DNA from: Gemmatimonadota bacterium
GTDB taxonomy: Bacteria; Gemmatimonadota; Gemmatimonadetes; Gemmatimonadales; GWC2-71-9
Direction: 5' to 3'
Length of the DNA stretch: 64,000 bases
NCBI GenBank assembly: GCA_039588335.1
Contig: JBDGZZ010000002.1
Coordinates: forward strand, 2,064-66,063
Shown: positions 27,505 to 37,191 of the stretch, one piece after another
Position numbering within the stretch: the first letter of the stretch is position 1
Layout of the letters: the number at the start of each line of letters is the position of its first letter
Notes under the pieces: model-generated
The model's database searches: none
What the model was told of the DNA's origin: nothing
The model's input: only the letters and a program-made list of their open reading frames with translations
Program-made: the position numbers and the translations under genes

Positions 27505-28257
27505 ATGGAGTGGACCCTGATCGTCGAGTCGAGAGGGCGACCAGGCAGCGAGAACATGAGCATCGACCACTCCCTTCTGCGCGCCGCGCAGGAGGGAGTG
27601 GCTTTCTTACGGCTGTATTGCTGGGCGCCACCATGCCTGTCATTCGGCCGTAACGAACCGGCAACACGGCGGTACGATCTAGCGGAAGTCGAACGGCTGG
27701 GACTAGACACTGTCAGGCGCCCCACCGGCGGTAGAGCGGTCTGGCACGACGCCGAGGTGACTTACGCTGTGGCCGCTCCCGCCTCGACGTTTGGAGCGTT
27801 GCGAGAATCGTACAATATTGTCCACGCCACGATCGCGGCTGCGCTCGGGCGGCTGGGAGTTCCAACCGAGCTGGCCGGCCGACCCACGAACGGCGCGAGC
27901 CTATCTGGAGGAGCGTGTTTCGCCTCGCCAGTTGGTGGCGAGGTCGTGGCGGCAGGTCGAAAGCTGGTGGGCAGCGCCCAGGTCCGGGAAGGCGACGCAT
28001 TCTTGCAGCACGGATCGGTGCTGCTGGAAGACGGCCAGGACGTAGTAGCAAGGGTGACACTGGGGGGGGCGTCACAACCGGTCGCGACTTCAATCTCGGT
28101 CCTTCTCGACCGACATGTATCGTTTGACGAAGTCGCCCATGTGATTGGAGACGAGGCCATGAGGTCATGGCCCGGGACCTGGAAGAGAGGCAATGCGTTA
28201 CGCGCGGGGCTGGACTTGGAACGATTTGCCGATCCGGCGTGGACTTGGCGCCGGTAA
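27505..28257 (+). CDS. lipoate--protein ligase family protein (catalytic domain only, LipM/LipL-like)
   Basis: BPL/LPL catalytic motifs RRPTGGRAVWHD and GRKLVGSAQ. 250 aa with no LplA C-terminal accessory domain. Starts 6 nt after gcvP. Confidence 0.75.
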   Translation: MEWTLIVESRGRPGSENMSIDHSLLRAAQEGVAFLRLYCWAPPCLSFGRNEPATRRYDLAEVERLGLDTVRRPTGGRAVWHDAEVTYAVAAPASTFGALRESYNIVHATIAAALGRLGVPTELAGRPTNGASLSGGACFASPVGGEVVAAGRKLVGSAQVREGDAFLQHGSVLLEDGQDVVARVTLGGASQPVATSISVLLDRHVSFDEVAHVIGDEAMRSWPGTWKRGNALRAGLDLERFADPAWTWRR

Positions 28258-28285
28258 TACACTCCAACTGACGGGCCGGACACTC

Positions 28286-29953
28286 ATGAAACCAGCATCG
28301 CCGTTTCTCACAGCCGCGGCACTGCTCTCGCTCACCGGGGCACTTGGCTGTCAACCTGACCTGAGGTGCGAAGGGGACTGGTGCGGTACCGGCGTGATCG
28401 TCTCCGCTGCCGAACCCGAGGTCTTATTTCCAGCGCTAGCCACTTTTGACGTGCACATAGCCATTAGCGACCTGTTGTTCTGGAAGCTTGCCGATGTCGG
28501 CCTGGAGGCCAACACGTTCGGTGACGATGGCTTCGTGCCGATGCTGGCTGAAAGTTGGGAATTCGAAGGCCCGACCACCATCAGCTTTCGCATCAATCCA
28601 AACGCCCGCTGGCACGATGGAGTCCCGGTGACGGCAGCGGACGTGGCGTACACGTTCGCGGTTTTCACCGATCCGGAAGTCAACTTCATCAATCGTTCTC
28701 GGCTGGCGAACATAACTTCAGTCTCCGTAAGGGACTCTCTGACGGCCGTATTCGAGTTCAGCAGGCGTCATCCCGAACAGTTCTACGACGCCGTCTTTCA
28801 CATGCGGGTGGTTCCGCACCATCTGCTCGATTCCATCCCAATGGCGGAGCTTGTGTCACACCCCGTGATGCGGAACCCGGTCGGCAGCGGTCCGTATCGT
28901 TTTGTCCGGTGGGATGCCGGAGAGATGATAGAGCTTGCCGGAGACTCGGCCTTCTTTGCAGGAAGGCCGGGCTTCCGCACCATAGTGTGGCGGTTTGCGT
29001 CCGACCAAGTTGCCATGGTTTCACAGCTGATCGCCGGGGAGGCCGACTTCCTAAATTTCGTGCCCGGTCCGGAGAACATTGAGCGGGTTGCAGAGCAGCC
29101 GCATCTCAGAGCAGAGCCCCACAAGGTAGGGGTCTATACGTTCATCGGCTTCAACATGCGAAACCCCGAGGACGTGTCGAGTCCTCACCCTCTACTGGGT
29201 GATCGCCAACTACGCCGCGCGCTGTCGATGGCGATCGACCGAGAGGCAGTGACGCGTACGGTGGTGGGCGAGTACGGTGAGGTATTGGGACTCCCGCTAA
29301 CTCCGACAATATGGATTTGGACTGATGAGGTCGAGACGTTTGAGTTCGACTCGGCTGCAGCCCGATCGGCCCTCGAGGAACTGGGATGGATGGATCGAGA
29401 CGGTGACGGAGTTTTGGACCGAGACGGCACGCCACTCGCTTTCGATTTGATGGTACCGACCTCCAGCACGCCGCGCAGGCGAGCCGCCGTGATCGTGCAG
29501 GACCAGTTCAAGCGCTTGGGCGTGGACATGAGCATTAGCGAACTCGAACCCACAACCTGGGATAGCAGAGCACTTGACGGCAACTTCGACGCGTACTTCC
29601 AGTCGCTCGGTCATGACGCTAGCACTGCCTCAATCGCCGAGACATGGGTGACCACTGAGGGAATGGGAGGGCTCAACCGCATTCGGTACTCAAATGCCAA
29701 CGTGGATCGACTCGTGAGCGAAGCGTTGAACACATTCGATCGAGATGAAGCCCGCGCCAAGTGGCGGGATGCACTGGAGATTATCAATTCCGATGCACCC
29801 GGAATCTGGCTATTCACACCTATCATGGTCGCCGGTGTGCACCAGCGATTCGAGAACGTGTCGATTCCCGCAGACGAGTGGTGGCGAACCATCTGGACCT
29901 GGCGCGTGTCACCCACCGAATACATCGATCGAGATCTGATCGTCCCCAACTAG
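28286..29953 (+). CDS. ABC transporter substrate-binding lipoprotein (peptide/nickel family 5)
   Basis: MKPASPFLTAAALLSLTGALGC lipobox. The body matches the SBP_bac_5 pattern (RWHDGVPVTAADVAYTF). Followed by Dpp/Opp-type permease and ATPase genes. Confidence 0.85.
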   Translation: MKPASPFLTAAALLSLTGALGCQPDLRCEGDWCGTGVIVSAAEPEVLFPALATFDVHIAISDLLFWKLADVGLEANTFGDDGFVPMLAESWEFEGPTTISFRINPNARWHDGVPVTAADVAYTFAVFTDPEVNFINRSRLANITSVSVRDSLTAVFEFSRRHPEQFYDAVFHMRVVPHHLLDSIPMAELVSHPVMRNPVGSGPYRFVRWDAGEMIELAGDSAFFAGRPGFRTIVWRFASDQVAMVSQLIAGEADFLNFVPGPENIERVAEQPHLRAEPHKVGVYTFIGFNMRNPEDVSSPHPLLGDRQLRRALSMAIDREAVTRTVVGEYGEVLGLPLTPTIWIWTDEVETFEFDSAAARSALEELGWMDRDGDGVLDRDGTPLAFDLMVPTSSTPRRRAAVIVQDQFKRLGVDMSISELEPTTWDSRALDGNFDAYFQSLGHDASTASIAETWVTTEGMGGLNRIRYSNANVDRLVSEALNTFDRDEARAKWRDALEIINSDAPGIWLFTPIMVAGVHQRFENVSIPADEWWRTIWTWRVSPTEYIDRDLIVPN

Positions 29954-29954
29954 C

Positions 29955-30929
29955 GTGGCTCGGGTACTCGCCGGCCGACTCCTACAGGGAGTCGCGATAA
30001 TATTCCTGGTCGCTACCCTGACTTTTGTCCTGGTCCGACTAGCACCCGGCGACCCGTTCACCAGGGGATTCGAAGCCTCACCTGCCTCACCTCAATACAT
30101 AGCCCAAGCACGCATCAATGCGGGCCTCGACCGACCCATACACGAACAGTACGTCCGATACCTCGCTCACCTCTCTAAGGGCGACCTGGGGGATTCTTTC
30201 TCGGAGCGACGCCCTGTCTGGGACGCCATAACCGATAGGATTCCAGCAACTCTAGTCCTCGCACTCACAGCACTGGTAATTGACTTCAGCCTCGGGATCC
30301 TCCTCGGTGCCATTCAGGGTGCGCGCCCCGGGTCGAAGGTCGACGACTCATTCTCAGCCGTTACTCTGACGCTCTATTCAGTTCCGGTGTTCTGGCTGGG
30401 GCTCGTACTAATGTTGGTGTTTGCGCAGAACCTTGGCTGGTTTCCTCTCTCGGGAGCCAAGTCACCGGTCGGCTACGACCAACTGCCACTTCTCGGCAAG
30501 CTCTGGGATCGCATCCACCATTTGATGTTGCCGGCGCTGACACTTGGTCTGGTTGGTGCAGCCGGAACCGCCCGGTACCAGCGCGCCGCGATGATGGATG
30601 TCATCGGGAGAGACTTCATTCGAACAGCCCGCGCCAAGGGAATTCCCGAGAAGCTCGTGGTATTCCGTCACGCTCTGCGGAACTCACTTCTTCCGATCAT
30701 AACACTCTTCGGGTTGTCGTTTCCAATTCTGCTTTCGGGAGCAGTGCTAGTAGAGTCCGTCTTTGGCTGGCCGGGATTGGGCAGGTTCGTCGTGGATGCG
30801 ATCAGCAACCGTGACTACCCGGTCGTCACGGGTGCCGCGATCGTGGCAGCAAGCATGGTAATGGTGGGCAACCTGCTGGCCGACCTCTTGTATCTCATAG
30901 TGGATCCGCGCACGCGGCCGCAATCATGA
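29955..30929 (+). CDS. ABC transporter permease (DppB/OppB-like)
   Basis: Six predicted TM helices and an EAA-like loop (FIRTARAKGIPEKLVVFRHALRN). Confidence 0.9.
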   Translation: MARVLAGRLLQGVAIIFLVATLTFVLVRLAPGDPFTRGFEASPASPQYIAQARINAGLDRPIHEQYVRYLAHLSKGDLGDSFSERRPVWDAITDRIPATLVLALTALVIDFSLGILLGAIQGARPGSKVDDSFSAVTLTLYSVPVFWLGLVLMLVFAQNLGWFPLSGAKSPVGYDQLPLLGKLWDRIHHLMLPALTLGLVGAAGTARYQRAAMMDVIGRDFIRTARAKGIPEKLVVFRHALRNSLLPIITLFGLSFPILLSGAVLVESVFGWPGLGRFVVDAISNRDYPVVTGAAIVAASMVMVGNLLADLLYLIVDPRTRPQS

Positions 30930-31765
30930 CCGTCATTTGGTCTCGCAAGCTGCTCTACAGCAGGCGTGCGCGCCTTGGCCTGTTGTTGATCGGATTCCTG
31001 ACGGCCGCCGCCGTATTCTCTCCGATCATCGCACCGTACGATCCGACCGAGCACCTCGACATCCTGAACAAACGACTCTTGTCGCCTAGTTTCGAACATC
31101 TGATGGGTACCGACTTCTACAGTCGCGACCTGTTGAGTCGGGTGCTCTATGGCGCCAGGATCTCGTTGGCCATCGCATTTCTTTCGATTCTGGTCTCTGT
31201 AACCATCGGGACGGCAGTGGGGATGATTGCAGGCTACGTTGGCGGAATCGTGGATAGCGTCCTCATGCGGCTGGTCGATGCTGCCCTGGCGATACCCCGC
31301 ATCTTCCTGCTACTAGTAATATTGGCCCTGTGGGACCGCGTGGGTGTGACGGGATTGGTGACGGTTCTGGGTCTCTCCAGCTGGTTTGGAACCAGCCGCA
31401 TGGTGCGGGCTGAAGTATTGAGCCTACGGCACCGCGATTTCGTTGTTGCAGCCAGATCACTTGGACTCGGAAGGGTTCGCATACTGCTGCGCCACTTGTT
31501 GCCCAATGCGATAGCGCCCGTGACAGTGACCGCCACGCTCGGTATCGGACAGATCATCCTGATCGAGGCCGGGCTGTCCTACCTCGGTGTCGGAGTGCAG
31601 GAACCGATACCTTCTCTCGGCCGAATGATACGAGATGGCTACGAGCAGATTGCAAACGCACCCTGGATCTCAATCTTTCCGGGCTTGGTGATAGTGCTCA
31701 CGGTCGTCGGCTTCAGTCTCGTCGGCGACGGTCTCAGAAAAACCCTTGACCCGCGAGCCCGATGA
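30926..31765 (+). CDS. ABC transporter permease (DppC/OppC-like)
   Basis: N-terminal OppC-type helix and the motif VVAARSLGLGRVRILLRHLLPN. 4-nt overlaps on both sides. Confidence 0.9.
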   Translation: MTVIWSRKLLYSRRARLGLLLIGFLTAAAVFSPIIAPYDPTEHLDILNKRLLSPSFEHLMGTDFYSRDLLSRVLYGARISLAIAFLSILVSVTIGTAVGMIAGYVGGIVDSVLMRLVDAALAIPRIFLLLVILALWDRVGVTGLVTVLGLSSWFGTSRMVRAEVLSLRHRDFVVAARSLGLGRVRILLRHLLPNAIAPVTVTATLGIGQIILIEAGLSYLGVGVQEPIPSLGRMIRDGYEQIANAPWISIFPGLVIVLTVVGFSLVGDGLRKTLDPRAR

Positions 31766-32748
31766 GTGTCGTCCTCAGCGTACGTCATCTGACGACGAGT
31801 TTTTCTATCGACTCCGAAACCGCCCGGGCGGTGGATGATGTTTCGTTCGACCTGCTGGAAGGGGAGACGCTAGGCATCGTTGGTGAGTCTGGATCGGGTA
31901 AAACCGTGACGGCTCTGTCGATCTTGAGGCTGGTTGACAGCCCCGGGAAGGTATCCGACGACAGCGTGGTAGAGTACGATGGTAGGAACTTACTCCAGTT
32001 GAGCCCGAGCGAGCTTCGGAAAGTACGGGGAGCTGAAATAGCGATGGTATTTCAGGAACCAACTACCAGCCTCAATCCGGTGCTTACCGTTGGGACTCAG
32101 ATATCCGAAACGCTGAGGGCGCATCGAAAAGTTTCTCGCCGGGAGGCACGCGCCCGTGCGATTGAGCTGCTGGAACTTGTACGCATACCCGATGCTACAA
32201 AGCGGGTGGACGAGTATCCTCACGAGTTGAGCGGGGGGATGCAACAGCGGGTGATGATAGCGATCGCGCTCTCGTGTAACCCCAACGTATTGATAGCCGA
32301 TGAACCCACTACTGCACTCGACGTCACTATTCAGGCACAGATTCTCGAACTCCTGATCGATCTCAAGCAGCAGTTTGGGATGGCCATGATCCTCATCACA
32401 CACGACCTCGGAATCGTGGCTGGAGTAGCTGACCGTGTTGTTGTCATGTACGGTGGTCAAGTCGTCGAACAGGCATCGACTCATACGTTGTTCGAACGGC
32501 CGACGCACCCGTACACCATGGCCTTGCTGCGAGCAGTCCCACGTCTCGACCGCACCGTCGAGCGCCTAGAAACCATACCAGGCTCGGTGCCGTCCGCCAG
32601 CGCGTGGCCCGCAGGATGCCGCTTCCACCCGCGTTGTCCCGACGCTTGGGCTCGCTGCAGCTTAGACATGCCGCCATTGCTCGACGCCGAGCCGGAACAC
32701 GTGGCCCGTTGCTGGCTAGTTGGTCAACCGAACGAGGACAGCCGGTGA
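31762..32748 (+). CDS. ABC transporter ATP-binding protein (DppD/OppD-like)
   Basis: Walker A GESGSGKT, signature LSGGMQQR, Walker [12 protein letters not shown], and the C-terminal oligopeptide-type Cys motif. Confidence 0.9.
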   Translation: MSVVLSVRHLTTSFSIDSETARAVDDVSFDLLEGETLGIVGESGSGKTVTALSILRLVDSPGKVSDDSVVEYDGRNLLQLSPSELRKVRGAEIAMVFQEPTTSLNPVLTVGTQISETLRAHRKVSRREARARAIELLELVRIPDATKRVDEYPHELSGGMQQRVMIAIALSCNPNVLIADEPTTALDVTIQAQILELLIDLKQQFGMAMILITHDLGIVAGVADRVVVMYGGQVVEQASTHTLFERPTHPYTMALLRAVPRLDRTVERLETIPGSVPSASAWPAGCRFHPRCPDAWARCSLDMPPLLDAEPEHVARCWLVGQPNEDSR

Positions 32749-33770
32749 CCCGCGGGACATCTCCGCTCGTCGCCGTAAACGACCTGGTAAAGGAATACCG
32801 GGCAGCTGGTGGTCTATTCGGGAAATCCGCTCCTCTCCGAGCTGTCGACAAAGTGTCGCTCAGCATTGCGCGGGGTGAGTCTCTCGGGCTAGTAGGCGAG
32901 AGCGGCAGCGGCAAAACGACGTTGGGCCGGTTGATACTGCGACTCATTGAGCCAACCGCCGGTAGGATCTCATTTGACGGCATTGACGTCCTGGGCCTCG
33001 ATCCACGGCCACTTCGTGCTCTGCGCCGCCGAATGCAGATCGTGTTTCAGGACCCGTTCGGTTCGCTCAACCCGCGCATGACCGTGGGGGCCACCGTGCG
33101 CGAACCGATGGAGGTTCATGACATCGCCAGCGGGGCAGAATCGGGAAACGCAGTCAGAGAATTGTTCGATGAGGTTGGGCTCGACCCCTCCTACTTCGAC
33201 CGGTATCCACACGAGCTGTCAGGCGGGCAGCGGCAAAGGGTGGGTATCGCACGAGCATTGTCGCTGAAGCCCGAGTTCATGATCCTCGACGAGCCGGTTT
33301 CAGCACTCGACGTCTCGGTCCAAGCGCAGGTGCTGAACCTGTTGGCGGACCTGCGCGATAGTCGCGGCTTGACCTATCTGTTCATCGCTCACGACCTCGC
33401 GGTGGTCCGTCACATAGCCCACCGAGTGGTAGTGATGTACCTAGGCAGGCTGGTGGAAGCGGCGCCAGCAGACACAGCCTACACGGAACCGCTGCACCCG
33501 TACACTGTTTCTCTACTCTCTGCCGTACCCGCACCGGATCCACGGGAACAGCGCCAGCGTATAGTGCTCGCCGGGGACATGCCCAATCCGCGACAACCCC
33601 CCTCGGGCTGCGTGTTCCACCCCCGCTGCCCTCACCCGGCCAAGGATGATCATTGCCGCCTCGAGTCGCCTGTCCTGAGGGAAGTGAGGACTAGCCGGTG
33701 GGCTGCTTGTCACTTTGCAGATGATCCACTGCGGATACCTGGACACGAGATCGACGGGGTGCACAACTAG
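32745..33770 (+). CDS. ABC transporter ATP-binding protein (DppF/OppF-like)
   Basis: Walker [29 protein letters not shown]. The likely GTG start at 32745 forms a GTGA overlap with the upstream stop. Confidence 0.9.
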   Translation: MTRGTSPLVAVNDLVKEYRAAGGLFGKSAPLRAVDKVSLSIARGESLGLVGESGSGKTTLGRLILRLIEPTAGRISFDGIDVLGLDPRPLRALRRRMQIVFQDPFGSLNPRMTVGATVREPMEVHDIASGAESGNAVRELFDEVGLDPSYFDRYPHELSGGQRQRVGIARALSLKPEFMILDEPVSALDVSVQAQVLNLLADLRDSRGLTYLFIAHDLAVVRHIAHRVVVMYLGRLVEAAPADTAYTEPLHPYTVSLLSAVPAPDPREQRQRIVLAGDMPNPRQPPSGCVFHPRCPHPAKDDHCRLESPVLREVRTSRWAACHFADDPLRIPGHEIDGVHN

Positions 33771-33858
33771 CCATGGGTCTGGGGACGCAGTATTAATGTC
33801 CCTGGCGAAGCCTCGTAGCGGGGTCCCCGTGTAATCTGGTTCACGCTGGAGGAGATAC

Positions 33859-35355
33859 ATGAGCTTACTGGTTGTCGTCGTCTTCATATATCCCGCCATC
33901 CTGATTGCGGTCAGCCTATGGCGCTCACGCGGCGTGCGGAGCCATGAGGACTTCGCCGTGGCAGGTCGTTCAGTACCGGTGGCGTTGCTGGTGGGTACAT
34001 TGGTCTGCACGTGGATCGGCTCCGGCTCCCTATTCGGTGGAGCCGGTTTAGCGTACAGGTCCGGCATAGCCGAACTCTGGTTCTCGTTCGGCGGTTGGGT
34101 CGGTCTCATTGCCGTGTATTTTCTCGCCGGTCGGGTTCGGCAGATCGCTCAATACACGGTCCCGGACCTGTTGGAGCAGCGGTACAACGCCGCTGCTCGA
34201 CTGCTGGGAACGTTGGCGATAATATTGGCTTACGTTACCATCGCTGCGTATCAGTTTCGTGGAGGTGGATGGATACTCAGTATCGTAACGGATGGAGCGA
34301 TCTCGCCAACGATGGGTATCCTGATAACCGCGGCGGCAATCGTGACTTTTACGGCTCTAGCCGGCATGGTTTCCATCGTTACCGTGGATGTGTTCAACGG
34401 CATCATCATCACTCTGGCCGTGTTACTTGCGCTGCCTTACATGGTCTTCGAAATGGGTGGAGTCGGACAGGTAATCGAGCGCCTTCCCGACCGCCACACT
34501 ACCATCCTGGGCGGCCACAACGCTCTCTGGGTAATCGGCGTGTCTCTGCCGACCTTCCTGTTGATTCTGGGAGAGAGCGGAATGTACCAGAAGTTCTTTT
34601 CAGCCAAGAACGCCAGGGCGGCACGGCAGGCCGTGTTGGGTATGGTAGCAGGAATCATAATCATAGAGACTGCACTGGCGTTGCTGGCCATAGTCGGAAG
34701 AGCTGCTTTCCCGGACTTGATGGAGCAGACTTCCGTGGTCGGCAGAGCCGCATCCGAGACCGTAATCCTGTACATAGCACGACACGGTCTCCCCGTGATC
34801 GGCGGGGCGGTGCTTCTCGCGGCCGCCATCGCCATTGTACTCTCCACGGGAAACACCTTTCTATTGGTACCCTCAACCAACGTCAGCCGCGATATCTACC
34901 AGCGTTTCATCAATCCAAATGCCACCGAGAAACAGAAGGTGAACATACAGCGTCTATTCATCGTTGTGTTCGGGGCGGTGGGACTGGTGCTGCTCACTCA
35001 ATTCCAGACCGTGCTCTCCATGGCTCTTTACGCGTACTCGCTCGTGGGTGCCAGCCTAACCCCGGCTCTACTCGCCTGTTTCCTGTGGAAACGGGTGACG
35101 CCACAGGGCGGCGTTGCATGCATTGCCGGTGGGTTGGGAAGCATCGTTGGTGTGAAGCTGCTCAACAGACTTGGTGTGGACTTCACCATGATGTTGGGGA
35201 ATACAGAGTTCGACTTCGCGAGCAGCGACTACATCGTGATACCGGGAGTCCTCGTCTCGATCAGCTTGCTCGTCGTCATCAGTCTACTCACCAAGCCATC
35301 ACCGCCCGAGAAATGGCAGCCTTTCTTCGCAGAGGAGGGGAAGCAGACGGCCTAG
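33859..35355 (+). CDS. sodium:solute symporter family transporter
   Basis: 498 aa, ~13 hydrophobic helices, and an N-terminal SSF pattern (FAVAGRSVP...GTLVCTWIGSGSLFG). Confidence 0.85.
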   Translation: MSLLVVVVFIYPAILIAVSLWRSRGVRSHEDFAVAGRSVPVALLVGTLVCTWIGSGSLFGGAGLAYRSGIAELWFSFGGWVGLIAVYFLAGRVRQIAQYTVPDLLEQRYNAAARLLGTLAIILAYVTIAAYQFRGGGWILSIVTDGAISPTMGILITAAAIVTFTALAGMVSIVTVDVFNGIIITLAVLLALPYMVFEMGGVGQVIERLPDRHTTILGGHNALWVIGVSLPTFLLILGESGMYQKFFSAKNARAARQAVLGMVAGIIIIETALALLAIVGRAAFPDLMEQTSVVGRAASETVILYIARHGLPVIGGAVLLAAAIAIVLSTGNTFLLVPSTNVSRDIYQRFINPNATEKQKVNIQRLFIVVFGAVGLVLLTQFQTVLSMALYAYSLVGASLTPALLACFLWKRVTPQGGVACIAGGLGSIVGVKLLNRLGVDFTMMLGNTEFDFASSDYIVIPGVLVSISLLVVISLLTKPSPPEKWQPFFAEEGKQTA

Positions 35356-35750
35356 TCGAACAGATCGTTCTGCTCGATGCTGCTTTCGGCCAAGTCCGTT
35401 TTGAGGAACGTCTGCAGCCTACGGTGCCAGTCGGTGACGTCGAATCGTGCCTCCGCACTCAGCATGCGTGCTAGTACGTCGGGTACGTCGTCCAGCGCAT
35501 CGAGCAGATCAGCCAGTATTTCTCTCGCCTCTTGAATTCGGAAGTGCTCGTCACTCGCTATCGCCATGTCGTGCAGGATAGCTAGCTCACTGCGCGAGGC
35601 GACTATGGGTTCGTCCACGGTGGCAGTGTAAACCTCGGTGCGGCGTCCCGGTCCACGATCTTCCTCGATCGGCGTGAGCCCAACGATCGCGTCAGAACGC
35701 CAGTACTTGCCGTATCCCAAAGACACCATGCGGTCGGGTTTTATCTCCAT
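35352..35750 (-). CDS. DUF370/RemA-like domain protein with acidic C-terminal extension
   Basis: MVSLGYGKYWRSDAIVGLTPIE....GRRTEVYTA parallels RemA (INIGFGN..SANRIISIVSPE...YGRRTRAV). The stop shares the tetranucleotide CTAG with the convergent symporter stop. Confidence 0.45.
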   Translation of the reverse strand: MEIKPDRMVSLGYGKYWRSDAIVGLTPIEEDRGPGRRTEVYTATVDEPIVASRSELAILHDMAIASDEHFRIQEAREILADLLDALDDVPDVLARMLSAEARFDVTDWHRRLQTFLKTDLAESSIEQNDLFD

Positions 35751-35761
35751 GCTGACCTTGC

Positions 35762-36307
35762 CTATCTCCCCATCTTTTTCTTGAGTGCGTCGAGCCGCGC
35801 CTCGGCTTCTGCCTCTTTCGCAGCCCTGTCGAGCTGGGACCGCAGCAATTCGTCCTTGACGTCTGTTTCTGGCCGGACGCCACCGGCTGCTTCTATTTCA
35901 CGCCACGCCGAATCTACGCCGCTCGAGTCCGCAGATTTCTTGAGCTGCGCCTTCATCTCATCCAACTCCCGCTCCGCCAGTGCCAGCTCCGCACGCTGCG
36001 CCTCGAGCTTGTCCTCCAGGATAGCAACCCTCTCCCTGTGTTTGGCCGTGAACTGTTCGGCCACATCAGCCGTCTCCTGGTCACCAATCTGGGCAGCCAT
36101 GCGCCCTCTTCGCTCAGCGTCCGCGAGATGCTGGCGTTCCTTCTTGAGCTGGATTTCAGTTTTGGCTGCCCCCTGGCGCATTCCCTCCAGCGCCGCACGA
36201 GCCTCGATCACCGCATCTCTCATTCGAGAGACTTTCTCACGACTGTCCGGGGGACCGGTGGCAGCATCCAAGGCCGCGTTTATCGCTTCCTTGAGGCGCT
36301 CGAACAT
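35762..36307 (-). CDS. PspA/IM30-like coiled-coil protein
   Basis: 181 aa, fully helical with heptad-rich sequence. The N-terminus MFERLKEAINAALDAA resembles the PspA/IM30 start. Family assignment is tentative. Confidence 0.45.
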   Translation of the reverse strand: MFERLKEAINAALDAATGPPDSREKVSRMRDAVIEARAALEGMRQGAAKTEIQLKKERQHLADAERRGRMAAQIGDQETADVAEQFTAKHRERVAILEDKLEAQRAELALAERELDEMKAQLKKSADSSGVDSAWREIEAAGGVRPETDVKDELLRSQLDRAAKEAEAEARLDALKKKMGR

Positions 36308-36309
36308 TT

Positions 36310-36474
36310 TTAGCTCTTCTTAACCGTCTTTGCGTAGAAGGGAGCGAACACCTGAATCACCTTCTTGGACTTGCACTTAGGACACACCGGTCGTTTGCGA
36401 TCGTGATCGGCAATCGAGATCAGCAGTGTAAAATGCTCGTGACAATCCTTGCACTCGTACTCGTAGCTAGGCAT
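36310..36474 (-). CDS. FmdB family zinc-ribbon protein
   Basis: MPSYEYECKDCHEHF...CPKCKS is the typical FmdB CxxC...CPxC pattern. 54 aa from the ATG at 36474. Confidence 0.75.
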   Translation of the reverse strand: MPSYEYECKDCHEHFTLLISIADHDRKRPVCPKCKSKKVIQVFAPFYAKTVKKS

Positions 36475-36655
36475 GCTGCACACCCCTGCAGAACGTTCAT
36501 CCCAAAGCGTGGCCATCAAAACGATACGCCCCCCTACCAGACGGGTCAAGCAGGACCGGCGGCGTCACGAAACGTACGGCACCGCTGGTAGCGACACGCC
36601 GGAAACGACCTGGTCGGGGTGGTCGCAGTCTCGGCCAAGCGGTAGTATTAGGATC

Positions 36656-37159
36656 ATGAGAAAATGCACAATGCTCCTTCCTCTCGCGTTGCTTGGCTGC
36701 GCCGAGGGAGACCCGGAAAACAATCCGGTATGCGGCATCGCGGCCATGGCCGGTGCGGCAATGGTACTCGAACAGTTCGGAGTGCCTGGGAAGATCTTGG
36801 AAGAGATTCCCCAGGAAGTAGAAGGAGTGGTGCCGGCACGGGTAGTAGGATGGGGTACAGCCCGAGCACTGGCTGCCACCGGGCCGGACGGTGCCGTCCT
36901 CGGATACGAGGGCGAAGGGTTCCCCAGTATCCCGGGCTTCGGATTGGTTCTGGTTGAGGACTCGCTTGAGGTCTTTCAGGGTGTGTTGATCTTCGAGACC
37001 GAGGCACCGCGAGGGATTCCACAGCTCGGGACCATATCGAGTGCTACAAACACCCTGCCACTCTACGGATTACGCGTGACGTGGGGCGCCGTGAGTAGCC
37101 CTCGGTGTCCGCTCTTCAGGAACATCGACACGGCGGGAGTCACTTCGGAAGGCACCTGA
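36656..37159 (+). CDS. lipoprotein of unknown function
   Basis: MRKCTMLLPLALLGC lipobox. 167 aa from the ATG at 36656. The longer track ORF N-terminus is Arg/Thr-rich and looks non-coding. Confidence 0.5.
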   Translation: MRKCTMLLPLALLGCAEGDPENNPVCGIAAMAGAAMVLEQFGVPGKILEEIPQEVEGVVPARVVGWGTARALAATGPDGAVLGYEGEGFPSIPGFGLVLVEDSLEVFQGVLIFETEAPRGIPQLGTISSATNTLPLYGLRVTWGAVSSPRCPLFRNIDTAGVTSEGT

Positions 37160-37191
37160 TCGGTCATTCGACACGGATGCCTGCCGGTCGA

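Noticed and set aside
28062-28069. G8 homopolymer inside the LplA-like gene as a phase-variation or frameshift site
   Set aside because: The reading frame is intact across it, and the conserved motifs lie in one frame on both sides. It is worth remembering only as a sequencing-error-prone spot.
34011-35474. 487-aa plus-strand ORF overlapping the symporter gene in another frame
   Set aside because: Arg/Gly/His-rich composition with no hydrophobic segments or motifs. The 33859..35355 frame encodes a convincing multi-pass transporter.
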